In this document: piece by piece, positions 1 to 9,846 of the stretch | How the letters are laid out: each line of letters begins with the position of its first letter | Position numbering within the stretch: the stretch's first letter is position 1 | IMG/VR virus record: IMGVR_UViG_3300035698_004085 | Coordinates: 1 to 64,000 of that record | Source of the DNA: a virus | Strand: one strand, 5' to 3' | Length of the DNA stretch: 64,000 bases | The notes under the pieces: generated by a model | Told to the model about the DNA's origin: nothing | Databases searched by the model: none | What the model saw: only the letters and a program-made list of their open reading frames with translations | Made by a program: the position numbers and the translations under genes

Positions 1-1809
1 AATCGTCCATCTTTTATTGACGAAGCTGTCTTGCATCACGATTACCGCGCCGGACATTTCTCAGATCTCTCAGGAAACGCGAACGATGGCACTCCTACGG
101 CAACTGTTTGGCAAGGGGGCGGGGTAAAGTTTCCAGAAATTACATCTAAAATTGTGGTTTCTGATTCCCCGGAATTAAGCCTTAATGAGGGAACTGTAGT
201 TGCATTTGGGGACCTTAAACCACCAGACAGTTTTCAGCATATCCTAAATAAAAATCAGGTAGGGGTTACGCATTTTGCGTGGTACATATGGGCTACTGGT
301 GTCAGTATTCAGACTGGAACTGATAGTACTCTTGCTATTGATCTTACAGGTAAAAGCTACTTAGCTACTAATTTTAAAGATGCGGAACAACCTATTACAT
401 ATCTTGATGGGGTACTACACGGAACACATAGCGCAGTAACAGCAATAACAGCCGACTCGGAACCACTTAACATTGGGGCATTTTACACCTCAGCAGCTAA
501 TCTGCGATCAGAAGCTCTTGGTGCCATCCTAATCTTCCCGCGAAAACTAACAGCCACGGAACACGCTGAGCTTTTCGCATACCTGTCCAATCTCCAATGG
601 CCTTCAATAGTTGACGCAAGAAGCGACGCGAGTTTGACGATTGATCCTGACGAAACAGGCTTGGCAGGCGCTTGGAATATGCGCCCCGAGAGCGGGGTTC
701 TGGTGGATGTTTCGGCTAACGGGAACGATGGAACGATTGACCAAGGCGTGAGCCACTCTCACACGCTCCTTGGCGACTCAATGGTGCTTGAATCTGGCAA
801 GAAGATTGACTGTGGAAATGTCGGCAATTTGAAGACTGTTTCGTTTTGGGCAAGCCTTGAAACTACTACCGAAGAGTTGTTGAAGCTGAGTGCATCGCAT
901 TCAATAGAAGCTGCGGCTGGCACCCTAACAGCAACCGGTTTCACAGCGCCCACAATATATGTTGATGGAGTAGCGACGACCACGATCACGGCACTTGTAA
1001 AGCACATGATTACGGTAACGACTGACACAACGGTTGCAGCGTCAGCGTTTGAAATGGGTGGTCCAACACCAGCACTCGCCGGATCAATCATCGGCACTGT
1101 GAAGGCTTTGGATTACAACCCTGGAACCGACTGGATCGATGCCGAATACGCCAAGGGTCAAGACGCAGGCTGGCACACTGATTTCGGCGTTCACGAATCT
1201 GTTGCGGCGGTTGCATCTGGATTCCTTGAGAACAGCCCGTTCGTGGTTGACAGCGGGTCGTTTAAGATTTCCTCAGAAGAAATTGATGGAGAACTTTGCA
1301 AGGTCATCGAATGCGTGACGACTGGGATTTGTTACGTTCCGACTTCACTATTCGGACAGACGCCAACGGAAGCGGCTTTTGGTGAATGGCAATTTTGGGT
1401 GAACAAAACGGGTGCAGCAACCGAAACAAGAATATTATTTGTTTCAGACGTTGTTGGTGGAGAAACCGCAGCAGGACAGGATGGTTATTCATTTCAGATA
1501 AACGGAGCAGAACGGCTTGCGGTCCTAGAAATGACTGCAGGCGGTCTTTCAAATAAATATTTGTCTGATGTGTCAGAGGTGTCAACAGCAACTTGGTATA
1601 GGTTTACAATAACGCGCACGTCGGAGGGGGTTTGTTCACTTTATACCAACGGTGTTTTAGCTGGAAATGCAATTGATGGAAGTAACCCGTTTACAGATAC
1701 GACTGTAGTGGACTCAAAGTATCTTATTCTCGAATTAGACGCAGGAGACAAAATCGCCTACTCAGACATCGTTGGCGGGCACTCAATTCAGAAACGACCA
1801 ATAGCTTAA
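1..1809 (+). CDS. LamG/concanavalin A-like lectin domain virion protein (5'-partial)
   Basis: Frame is open from position 1. Two LamG-type openings (DLSGNANDGT; LAGAWNM...DVSANGNDGT), YLDG/YVDG strands and a PRKLTATE ending; third lectin-like domain at the C-terminus. Confidence 0.7.
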   Translation, partial: NRPSFIDEAVLHHDYRAGHFSDLSGNANDGTPTATVWQGGGVKFPEITSKIVVSDSPELSLNEGTVVAFGDLKPPDSFQHILNKNQVGVTHFAWYIWATGVSIQTGTDSTLAIDLTGKSYLATNFKDAEQPITYLDGVLHGTHSAVTAITADSEPLNIGAFYTSAANLRSEALGAILIFPRKLTATEHAELFAYLSNLQWPSIVDARSDASLTIDPDETGLAGAWNMRPESGVLVDVSANGNDGTIDQGVSHSHTLLGDSMVLESGKKIDCGNVGNLKTVSFWASLETTTEELLKLSASHSIEAAAGTLTATGFTAPTIYVDGVATTTITALVKHMITVTTDTTVAASAFEMGGPTPALAGSIIGTVKALDYNPGTDWIDAEYAKGQDAGWHTDFGVHESVAAVASGFLENSPFVVDSGSFKISSEEIDGELCKVIECVTTGICYVPTSLFGQTPTEAAFGEWQFWVNKTGAATETRILFVSDVVGGETAAGQDGYSFQINGAERLAVLEMTAGGLSNKYLSDVSEVSTATWYRFTITRTSEGVCSLYTNGVLAGNAIDGSNPFTDTTVVDSKYLILELDAGDKIAYSDIVGGHSIQKRPIA

Positions 1810-1839
1810 ATCTCTTACAAATATAAGTTATCACTCCTA

Positions 1840-1871
1840 TTTAAATTCTCCAACAATTTATATGCTAAAAT
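1840..1871 (+). promoter_or_regulatory. Phage-specific promoter motif, copy 1 (TTTAAA-N4-CCAAC-N11-TAAAAT)
   Basis: Same bipartite motif and spacing as four other intergenic copies; degenerate tandem copy at 1805-1818. Confidence 0.6.
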
Positions 1872-1961
1872 TTGAAATACAGTTTTGCTATCCATACTTT
1901 TACTTCGTAAAATGGATTAATAAGACAACAAAGCACTTAGAGTATATTATAGATTGTACAA

Positions 1962-2447
1962 ATGAAAAAGGAGTTTTTAAAAATGTTAACCAATTTTGAT
2001 ATGGCAACGCTTTATAAGTTCATCACCTCTGACAAAATAGATAAATTAGATCTATCCATCTCAGCTTTCCTAGCACTAAAAACAAATTTAGAAAGAATTA
2101 AAGGCGTTTACAAAGCTCTTGGAGAAACAGAGCAAAAATACTTAATGCCCTCAGAAGAGCTAGAAGAATACAATAAAGAGAAACAAGAGCTTATAAAAAC
2201 CTATAAAGATAATGACGTAGTTAACGAAGTCACTAAAGAAGATGCGTTAAAACTACTAATAGAAAACAATAAAGAAGTTCTAGAAAAAAGAGTAGAAGCT
2301 CAAAAAGAATGGGTAGAAGTACTCAACTCTGACTCAAGCGTAGAACTAAAAATGATTAAGCACTCTGACATAGACTGGTCAGAGACTAAACTTAAAGCAC
2401 AAGACTTTAATGCGCTATTCATAATGATCGAAGATGAAGAAGAATAA
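1962..2447 (+). CDS. Hypothetical helical protein (DUF1617-like)
   Basis: 161 aa K/E-rich helical ORF ending ...LFIMIEDEEE; resembles small proteins found near phage fibre genes. Confidence 0.4.
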   Translation: MKKEFLKMLTNFDMATLYKFITSDKIDKLDLSISAFLALKTNLERIKGVYKALGETEQKYLMPSEELEEYNKEKQELIKTYKDNDVVNEVTKEDALKLLIENNKEVLEKRVEAQKEWVEVLNSDSSVELKMIKHSDIDWSETKLKAQDFNALFIMIEDEEE

Positions 2448-2457
2448 GGACAACTAA

Positions 2458-5400
2458 ATGAAAACCGGTGACGTAAGTACTCTTCTTAACAGAAACAAAA
2501 TGACAGCTAGACGAGATGCTATGAAACCTAAGCTAATCTCATCTGACCCATCAGCCCATAATAGGAAGATGGCTGCTGAAGTCCTTCCAAAAGGATCTAC
2601 CTTATCTCCATCTATTCATAAGAGCGGAGTAAACGGACCCTGGGGAGGACAAGCAACTATGTCAACGGGTGGTGGAGCTTCACAATTCCACACACAGCGT
2701 CCTTTGATGCCTGAGTATGATTGTTTCATAGAGGGAACTCTTGTTAATCTTCCTAACGGTGAGTCTAAGAAGATTGAAGACATCGTAATAGGCGATAAGG
2801 TTGTTGATCGTAAGGGTATGGTTCAAACAGTAGAACGTCAATGGAGTTCTGGAACTCCTGATACCCTCGTTGAGATAACTACGTTAAGTGGTCTTAAGTT
2901 TAAAACCACTGACAGACACAACTGGCCAGTTTGGGCTTGGGCAAGAAAGTGTCAATGCGGTTGTGGAGAAGATGTAAAAACGTTAGGTAAGCTGTATCTA
3001 CGTGATCATTACAAGACAGGGATGGCTACTGGTGGAGTTTCTATTGTAGGTGACCCAAAAAATCCTATGTCTAATAGGAAGCTCTTACCTGAGGGTTATG
3101 ACCCTATTAAAAAAATGAGGGCAGACGAAATCAGGAAGGGTGATTTCTTGATGATGCCTCGGTCCTTTGAGAAGATAAAGACAGCTACTTCTCTGGATAA
3201 AGCGAGGTTGCTTGGTTATTATATAGCTGAAGGTAACATTGATTATCACAGAACCGGAGAGATATACTCAGCTACTTGGACTTTTGGTATTCATGAAGAG
3301 TATACGTTTGCAAAGGACGTTCATGATATTTTAGAAAGCATGGGCATAGCTTCTAGCGTAGTCTCAGTCAAAAAGAATAAGAATGTTTGTAGAGTTAGGC
3401 TAACGAATGATAGAGGTAAGAACCGGAAGACTGTTGATGAACTTATTGAGTGGCTTGCGGCAAACGGTGGGCAAATTGCTGCTCATAAAAAATGGAGTAC
3501 AGAAGTATTAGGGTGGTCTTTAGATCTTAAGCTTGAGATGCTTAAGGGTATGATAAGAGGAGACGGTTGTCAACAATGGAGATCAACAAAAGGAGATAAG
3601 GGCGGTAACTCTTTTATTGTGTTATACACTACGGTGTCTAAGACGCTGGCTCATCAGGTTCAGCTAGGCTTAACCCAGCTAGGATTTCCTTCTTGCATAT
3701 CTACTTGGCATAGTGAAAAACGGATTATGAATGGTGGAAAGCTTGTATCTTGTGCTGAGAGATACGACGTTAGGGTTATTTCTGCATATTCAAAGGCTTT
3801 AGCCGACATAATTTGGGGATCTGCATCTAAGTCTGCTGAGCTAGAGAGTAAGAACGCTATCAGGGCTACTTGCATGATGGATGATGATTTTGTTTATTAT
3901 CCAGTTAAAGCAGTTAATATAGTTGACAACGATAGACCGGTATACAACCTTACTGTATCTGGAGATCATTCTTATCTAGTTTCTAACATAGCTACTTATA
4001 ACAGTCCTGACCGTCAATTTTATCCAGAAGATAGGCTCCAAGCTAATGCTTATTGGCGAATGTTTCACAAGTATGACCCAATCTTTGGTACAGCAATTGA
4101 CATGTATGCGTCAATGATGACTTCTGACTTCGACATTGTATTATCGAATGAAGAAGACTCCTCTATTAAAAATCAGTTAATGGACATGTGCGACCAAGTT
4201 AACTTCTTAGAGAAATTTCAACAACTAATCAAGGAATATCTAGTCATAGGTGAGTCTTTCCCCCATAACTTCTTCGATTCTGAAAGAGGTATTTGGAACT
4301 ACATCGCTTTCCACAATCCTGATTATATAGAAGTGCAAGACTCTCCCATTATTGACATGGAGCCGATAATTAACTTCTTGCCAGACGACCAATTAAGAGA
4401 GCTAATATCTTCGAATACTCCAGAGTCTCATGAAATTAGGAAAAAGCTTCCCTCTGAATTTGTTTCAAAAGTATTAGCCAGACAAAAGATAAGGCTTTCG
4501 CCCCTAAACTGTTCATTTGTTGCGCGAAAGTTACATGCCTATGACGAACGTGGAACATCTTTGGCGAGTAGGTTGTGGAGGATCTTTGCAGTTGAAGACG
4601 CAGTATATAGCTCTACATTAGCTCATTTTAGAAGGGCTAGCAGTCCCTTAAAGGTGTTGAAGCTAGGTGACCCGTCAACAGGATGGATTCCGTCTCCTGA
4701 TACAGAGCAAGAATTACTTCGTATGGTGACAGCTGCTGAGTTAGATCCTCAGTGTTTTGTTCCAGAGACTCCAATTACTCAGTCAGATGGCATTACCAAG
4801 TGTATTGGCGACTTAGAGTTAGGTGATGAGCTTCTAGATAAGAATGGTCTAAAATGCACCGTAGAGGCTCTTCAAGATGAGTATACGACTGAGTTAGTTA
4901 ATTTGAGGGTTGAGGGTTCTCCTGATGACCTTATTTGTACTACTACCCACAAGTGGTCTATCTGGGGTATTGACCGTGAGTATACAGGAGTTAGGTCAAA
5001 CCTAAGAGTAAATAGTATAAGATCTTATATGGAAAAGAGGGGTTTATCCCTCATTCAGAAGGTTACAGCAGACAAAATAAAATCTGGTGATTATCTTATG
5101 GTTCCTAGGTCTTTTGAGTCTTTTTCTCCTTCTGACTTTAACAAAGATAAAGCTAGGTTGCTAGGGTATTATGCTGCTGAGGGAAGCGTTTCTGATGTTA
5201 AGGGTACCTCACGTAAAGAAGGTCGTTTTTCTCTTTCTATTAAGGAGAGGTCTACTCTAGCTGTAGATATTTGTAATATTGTATATGATATTTGCGGTAA
5301 ACGACCTAAAATATACGATAGACCCCAAACTAATAGCTGCGAAGTTGCTCTAAGTAACCTAGCGTTTGCTGAGTTGCTAGATTGGTTGGAGCTTCATGTT

Positions 5401-7329
5401 GGTAGAGGTAGCCATACTAAAGTTTTGTCTCCTGTTTTGATGGGGCTTCCTTTAGAATATAAGAAGGAGTTTATAAAGGGGTACTTATTGGGGGACGGTT
5501 GCTCACATGATGAGTCTAAAAAAAGGGGTAATCGAGGGTCTGTTCATGTTGATGTAGTTTCTGCTTCAAGAAAGATGATAGAGCAAGTGAAGTTAATTTT
5601 TGCTCAGTTAGGCTACTATGCTGGGTATTGTAAAACGGCTGTTTCTTTAACTTCTTTATTTGGTGCTGGTAATCCTATATTTACTCTTAGAATATCTGGC
5701 AGGAAGGCTTGTGACTTAGCTTATGAGGTTTGGGGTAGGAATCATACGTATGCTAAGCGTGATTGTACCCATTGGTGGGTTGATGATGATTTTATTTATG
5801 TGAGAATTAAGTCAGTAAAAAATGTTGATTGTTCTGACGAACCTCAAAAAGTTATAAATATGACCGTAAGTGGCGACCACTCATATTTAGCAAATCATTT
5901 TGGAACTTATAATTCATGGATTGTTTATAATTATGGTGTTAATTTCGAGCAGTGGGGGAACGGAGAAAGAGCTGTCACTCTTTCTCGTGAGAATGATACT
6001 ATTGAAAAGGTTAAGCTATTAGCTCTAGGAATGTCTAAATCGTTTGTCGGCGGAGAGGTGACCTACAGTTGTTCTACACCCGATACAAAAGTTCTTAAAG
6101 CTAGTGGTCAATACCTTAACATTGACGAAATAAAGGTTGGGGATAAAGTTGTAGACCGTTTTGGTAATCCCCAAGAGGTTACCAATTTCTTTGAATATCA
6201 TTCTCCTGACAAACTTATTAAAATTACTACATGTAATAATAAAGAGTTGTTATTAACGGATAATCATAATCTCCCAATTATGCGTGGCAGCGGTGACATA
6301 TTAAAACTTCAGTCAAAGGATGTTGAGGTTGGTGATTATCTTATGATGCCTCGTTGTTTGGTGAAGTCTTTATCAGAAGAGGACATGGGTAAGTGTACGT
6401 TAACTCTTTATGAGAATAGTGTTTGTTCTACAAAGGTTGAGAGTGAGAGTCTTGCTCTACATTCTGAGTCATTATTAACTCAAGCTGGTTATGCGAGCTT
6501 TACTGAAAAGGTTGGGGATACTTATTATGTTTATCGTGATGATGACGCTCCTCATATTATTAAAGATGATGACTATTTATATTTGCCAGTTAAGTCTGTA
6601 GAAGTAATTGATACGGATAAAGAAAAGTATCCTTATGTTTATAGTTTAACGGTTGCAAATACCAATAGCTATACACTTAATAACTTGGCTTCGTATAATT
6701 CCGCCAAATCTGGATTACAGGTATTTCTTAGAAGACTTCTAAATATGAGACAATTTTTTGAGTCATCTTGGATAATGCCAAAGTTTTTCCAACCTATAAT
6801 TGAGATTAACGATTGGCAAAAGGGAACTCCAGCGGAAGTCAATCACAGGATAAAGATTAAGAGGACTGCTCAGGAGGCTGATGCGCTTGGGTTGTTGATT
6901 AAGCCTAAGTTGATTTGGCGCAATAAGTTAGATCCGAAGGTAGATTCAGAGACTCTTCAAGCTTATTTACAGTTGAAGAATTTAGGGTTTATTGTTTCGC
7001 CAGATTCGGTTGGCGCAGCTGTTTCCTTAGATTGGCGAGATGAGTTAGCAAAGGATGCTAAGGCGTTTAAGGAGCGTGAGGAGATTCTTACTAAGCAACT
7101 TGGTCCAGAGCTTAAGTCAAAGTATGACGCAAAGAACCAAGAGGGGGCTGGAGCCAAGCCTCCTGGGGCAGCAGGTAGTGGTGCGGCTCCTCCTGGGGCA
7201 GCTGGTGGTAAGAAGCCCCCTGGTGGTCAACCGGGCGTTAGCAGTCCTCCTGGGAGTTCTCCTGAGGAGAGTGGTTCTGGTCCTTCAGATGAGTCGATTG
7301 ATTCGCCTGGAAGTATGGGAGGGATGTAG
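2458..7329 (+). CDS. Portal protein precursor with three inteins (about 599 aa after splicing)
   Basis: Exteins carry portal-like motifs (YDPIFGTAID, EYLVIGE, RGTSLASR, PLKVLKLGD) and a G/P/S-rich tail; lies upstream of MuF-like, protease, scaffold and capsid genes. Confidence 0.8.
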   Translation: MKTGDVSTLLNRNKMTARRDAMKPKLISSDPSAHNRKMAAEVLPKGSTLSPSIHKSGVNGPWGGQATMSTGGGASQFHTQRPLMPEYDCFIEGTLVNLPNGESKKIEDIVIGDKVVDRKGMVQTVERQWSSGTPDTLVEITTLSGLKFKTTDRHNWPVWAWARKCQCGCGEDVKTLGKLYLRDHYKTGMATGGVSIVGDPKNPMSNRKLLPEGYDPIKKMRADEIRKGDFLMMPRSFEKIKTATSLDKARLLGYYIAEGNIDYHRTGEIYSATWTFGIHEEYTFAKDVHDILESMGIASSVVSVKKNKNVCRVRLTNDRGKNRKTVDELIEWLAANGGQIAAHKKWSTEVLGWSLDLKLEMLKGMIRGDGCQQWRSTKGDKGGNSFIVLYTTVSKTLAHQVQLGLTQLGFPSCISTWHSEKRIMNGGKLVSCAERYDVRVISAYSKALADIIWGSASKSAELESKNAIRATCMMDDDFVYYPVKAVNIVDNDRPVYNLTVSGDHSYLVSNIATYNSPDRQFYPEDRLQANAYWRMFHKYDPIFGTAIDMYASMMTSDFDIVLSNEEDSSIKNQLMDMCDQVNFLEKFQQLIKEYLVIGESFPHNFFDSERGIWNYIAFHNPDYIEVQDSPIIDMEPIINFLPDDQLRELISSNTPESHEIRKKLPSEFVSKVLARQKIRLSPLNCSFVARKLHAYDERGTSLASRLWRIFAVEDAVYSSTLAHFRRASSPLKVLKLGDPSTGWIPSPDTEQELLRMVTAAELDPQCFVPETPITQSDGITKCIGDLELGDELLDKNGLKCTVEALQDEYTTELVNLRVEGSPDDLICTTTHKWSIWGIDREYTGVRSNLRVNSIRSYMEKRGLSLIQKVTADKIKSGDYLMVPRSFESFSPSDFNKDKARLLGYYAAEGSVSDVKGTSRKEGRFSLSIKERSTLAVDICNIVYDICGKRPKIYDRPQTNSCEVALSNLAFAELLDWLELHVGRGSHTKVLSPVLMGLPLEYKKEFIKGYLLGDGCSHDESKKRGNRGSVHVDVVSASRKMIEQVKLIFAQLGYYAGYCKTAVSLTSLFGAGNPIFTLRISGRKACDLAYEVWGRNHTYAKRDCTHWWVDDDFIYVRIKSVKNVDCSDEPQKVINMTVSGDHSYLANHFGTYNSWIVYNYGVNFEQWGNGERAVTLSRENDTIEKVKLLALGMSKSFVGGEVTYSCSTPDTKVLKASGQYLNIDEIKVGDKVVDRFGNPQEVTNFFEYHSPDKLIKITTCNNKELLLTDNHNLPIMRGSGDILKLQSKDVEVGDYLMMPRCLVKSLSEEDMGKCTLTLYENSVCSTKVESESLALHSESLLTQAGYASFTEKVGDTYYVYRDDDAPHIIKDDDYLYLPVKSVEVIDTDKEKYPYVYSLTVANTNSYTLNNLASYNSAKSGLQVFLRRLLNMRQFFESSWIMPKFFQPIIEINDWQKGTPAEVNHRIKIKRTAQEADALGLLIKPKLIWRNKLDPKVDSETLQAYLQLKNLGFIVSPDSVGAAVSLDWRDELAKDAKAFKEREEILTKQLGPELKSKYDAKNQEGAGAKPPGAAGSGAAPPGAAGGKKPPGGQPGVSSPPGSSPEESGSGPSDESIDSPGSMGGM
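2722..4002 (+). mobile_element. Intein 1 in portal with LAGLIDADG homing endonuclease (427 aa)
   Basis: Starts CFIEGTLV; block B TTDRH; LAGLIDADG-like LLGYYIAEG and MLKGMIRGDG; ends HSYLVSNIATYN followed by Ser. Confidence 0.9.
4753..5913 (+). mobile_element. Intein 2 in portal with LAGLIDADG homing endonuclease (387 aa)
   Basis: Starts CFVPETPI; block B CTTTH; LLGYYAAEG and FIKGYLLGDG; ends HSYLANHFGTYN followed by Ser. Confidence 0.9.
6070..6699 (+). mobile_element. Intein 3 in portal, mini-intein with endonuclease remnant (210 aa)
   Basis: Starts CSTPDTKV; block B LTDNH; no LAGLIDADG helices; ends NSYTLNNLASYN followed by Ser. Confidence 0.85.
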
Positions 7330-7341
7330 TATATTACTATT

Positions 7342-8388
7342 ATGGAATCTGAATTTATAAAACAGATGTATGATAGTCATTCTTCGGAAGAAGTTTATGA
7401 CGAGGATGATTGTTTTTTGGTAGGAGACGGCAATAAGTCTTTGTTAAGAGCCAGGAAGACTTCAAATAATTCTAATCAACTTACGGGGATAAGATCGGTT
7501 AAGGATTTGAAGGCTGCTAATGGTAAGTGCGTAGAGGAGTCTACTACTGAGGATGATTTATCAGAGTTTAGTGGTGAGTCTTTTGAGTGTGAGTTTGAGG
7601 AGTATTACTATGAGATAAAGAGAAAGGTGTTTGACAGGTTTGGATATGTGGAGATAAAGTCTCAGCAGTTTTCTGGTCGTCCTATTCGTGAGAGAGATTT
7701 AGTGTTATCAGAGGATGATCGTTATTTGGTTAATTATCTTATTTCTCAGGGGGTCATAGACAATTATTTGTTTGATTCTTTGGCACAGTTGAGTGCTTTG
7801 TTGGAGATGGGGTTTTCAAAGGTCCGGTTTAATCAGAGGGATGGTTGTGCATTGTGTTTGGCTCATGATGGTTTATCTTATGATATAAAGACATTGATTT
7901 CTTTATTAGGATCTGGGAAGTATCTTGTTCATGAGTTTTGCGAATGTTATTATATTCCTATTATAGAAGATCGTAAAGCGGTTAAGGTGAAGGTTGATGA
8001 GCCAGAGGTTTGTGTAGCTGATACTGTTATAAAGAATTTGCCTATTGAGTTTCTGGATGAGATTTATTTATTGTTATCTGGTATGCAGGAGGTTGGGCTT
8101 AGTTATTCAGAGATTTCTTTTTCAGATTTTATGGACGTTGAGAAGTGGGACCACGAGGTTGTTAAGCAGGTTGGTGATACTCTTTGTGTTCATTCTATGT
8201 ATTTAGGAGATAAATCTCCTATTGATTATCTTCGGGCATGGGTAATAGCTGAGTCAAAGACTTTGGAAGATTATTCAGACGTTGATATTTCTGAATTAGA
8301 TGTTTATTATTTGAATGGAAAAAAAGTAGTAGAAATTGATGGTTTCTATATAGACGTAGAGACTAAGAAAGTAGTTGAGGGTATATAA
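7342..8388 (+). CDS. Minor head morphogenesis protein (MuF/SPP1 gp7-like motif)
   Basis: CALCLAHDGLSY...HEFCECYYIP matches the MuF CxxC...HPxCRC pattern; directly after the portal. Confidence 0.5.
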   Translation: MESEFIKQMYDSHSSEEVYDEDDCFLVGDGNKSLLRARKTSNNSNQLTGIRSVKDLKAANGKCVEESTTEDDLSEFSGESFECEFEEYYYEIKRKVFDRFGYVEIKSQQFSGRPIRERDLVLSEDDRYLVNYLISQGVIDNYLFDSLAQLSALLEMGFSKVRFNQRDGCALCLAHDGLSYDIKTLISLLGSGKYLVHEFCECYYIPIIEDRKAVKVKVDEPEVCVADTVIKNLPIEFLDEIYLLLSGMQEVGLSYSEISFSDFMDVEKWDHEVVKQVGDTLCVHSMYLGDKSPIDYLRAWVIAESKTLEDYSDVDISELDVYYLNGKKVVEIDGFYIDVETKKVVEGI

Positions 8389-8389
8389 G

Positions 8390-8503
8390 ATGAAGAAGAC
8401 AGGTGGAGACGGACATGTTGTAGGACCGGTTATTGATTTGAAGGAAGAGAAGGCTAAGAAGGAGTCTTTGAAGAAAGCCCAGGAAGCTAATAAAGAAAAA
8501 TAG
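8390..8503 (+). CDS. Small hypothetical protein (37 aa, not in ORF track)
   Basis: ATG..TAG exactly filling the gap between two genes; GAGG upstream; MKKTGGDGHVVGPVIDLKEEK... Confidence 0.5.
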   Translation: MKKTGGDGHVVGPVIDLKEEKAKKESLKKAQEANKEK

Positions 8504-8505
8504 TT

Positions 8506-8823
8506 ATGAATTATTATTCTATAAAGGGACCTAAAGGTCCTGTTGCTGTAGTGTTTCATGATTATTTATCTCTTCAATATGTTATTAATTCTAAGTCTGA
8601 GTCATTTAGAATAGCGTTTGAGTCAGCTGTTAAGTCTGTTGGCGATGTAGCGTTTAAGAAGGTTAAGAATGTTTTGAAGGTATCTAAGTTTGGTCCAGGT
8701 TATGTAGGCTGGTTGCCAGCTGTTGTTGATAAAGTTTGTGGTGATTATTGGATTGTTGATGATAGTGGTGAAGTTTACGGAGATGTCTATTCAGAGGACA
8801 TTGCGAAGTCTTATCTATCCTAA
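8506..8823 (+). CDS. Hypothetical protein
   Basis: 105 aa ORF tightly packed in the operon. Confidence 0.6.
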   Translation: MNYYSIKGPKGPVAVVFHDYLSLQYVINSKSESFRIAFESAVKSVGDVAFKKVKNVLKVSKFGPGYVGWLPAVVDKVCGDYWIVDDSGEVYGDVYSEDIAKSYLS

Positions 8824-8857
8824 TTCTTTCATTTTTCTAAAACTAATATAGTTTAGC

Positions 8858-8889
8858 TTTAAACCCCCGACATATTATTGACTTATAAT
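8858..8889 (+). promoter_or_regulatory. Phage-specific promoter motif, copy 2 (TTTAAA-N3-CCGAC-N12-TATAAT)
   Basis: Intergenic, upstream of the protease-scaffold-capsid genes. Confidence 0.7.
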
Positions 8890-8923
8890 TGTATACAACT
8901 TGCATAAGGGAGATCCTTTTTAC

Positions 8924-9844
8924 ATGGCATTTAAGAAAGTTTCGTCACTAGAGATTTTAGGAGTTTTATCTCAAGGTCAAACGACTTGGAATAAGACTGC
9001 TGCTTCTCGAACGACTTCTCATTATATGGAGAACAAGTTAGCGATTAACTTGGAAGAGCGTTTAGATGTTGTGGCTGATACTTATAAGATTAGTAGAGAT
9101 GCGAGTGATTATCTTTTGATTCCTGCTAGGGCTAATAGCATTGGTAGGTATAATGCTAATATGGATGGTTGGGAGTTTGATGAGATTCATAGCTTCCGTC
9201 CTACTTTGGGTCTTAGAACCTATTCAACTTACGTTAATAAGCCTCACTTTGTAGAGCATAATGCGACTGAACCTAGTGTTGCTCGTGGATTTATTTTAGA
9301 TGCTCATTTAAATTTGTCTAATGAAGCTGATGAGCTTGTTAAGCAGGCTGTTATGCAGACGATAGGGATTGAGCCTAAGACGGATGCATTTGTAGAAGTT
9401 ATTTTGGCAGTTGACCAGACTAAAGATCCGGTGTTAGCCAAGGCTTATAAGTCTGGAGCTATTAAGACTTTTTCGATGGGTGCTGATGTTGAAGATACTG
9501 TTTGCAATGTTTGTGGAAATGTAGCGACTACTACTTTTGAGTTTTGTTCTTGTGTTGTTTCTAAGTATGCTCGAATGCCTGTCAGAATGGAAGACGGGAC
9601 TATTCGGGTAGCAACTGAGTTGTGCAGGGGTACAGTTTTTCAAGAGTTGTCTGCTGTTGCTGATCCTGCTGATAAGAGTGCCGTGATACAGGATGGTATT
9701 TTAGAGATAGCAAAGGCTGCTTCTATATCAATTACTGCAAATGACTTACAAGAGATTGTTTCTTTTACGGCAAAATACGCTAACGAGATTACGGAATCGG
9801 TAGCTAAAGTTTTTCTTCAATCACTTACAAATAAAGGACTGTAG
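8924..9844 (+). CDS. Prohead (capsid maturation) protease-like protein
   Basis: N.N.DG, HFVEH, G.ILD, FSMGA, CNVCGN...CSC and F.ELS.V..PAD motifs; ATG at 8924 follows AAGGGAG and is preferred over the TTG at 8900. Confidence 0.75.
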   Translation: MAFKKVSSLEILGVLSQGQTTWNKTAASRTTSHYMENKLAINLEERLDVVADTYKISRDASDYLLIPARANSIGRYNANMDGWEFDEIHSFRPTLGLRTYSTYVNKPHFVEHNATEPSVARGFILDAHLNLSNEADELVKQAVMQTIGIEPKTDAFVEVILAVDQTKDPVLAKAYKSGAIKTFSMGADVEDTVCNVCGNVATTTFEFCSCVVSKYARMPVRMEDGTIRVATELCRGTVFQELSAVADPADKSAVIQDGILEIAKAASISITANDLQEIVSFTAKYANEITESVAKVFLQSLTNKGL

Positions 9845-9846
9845 CA

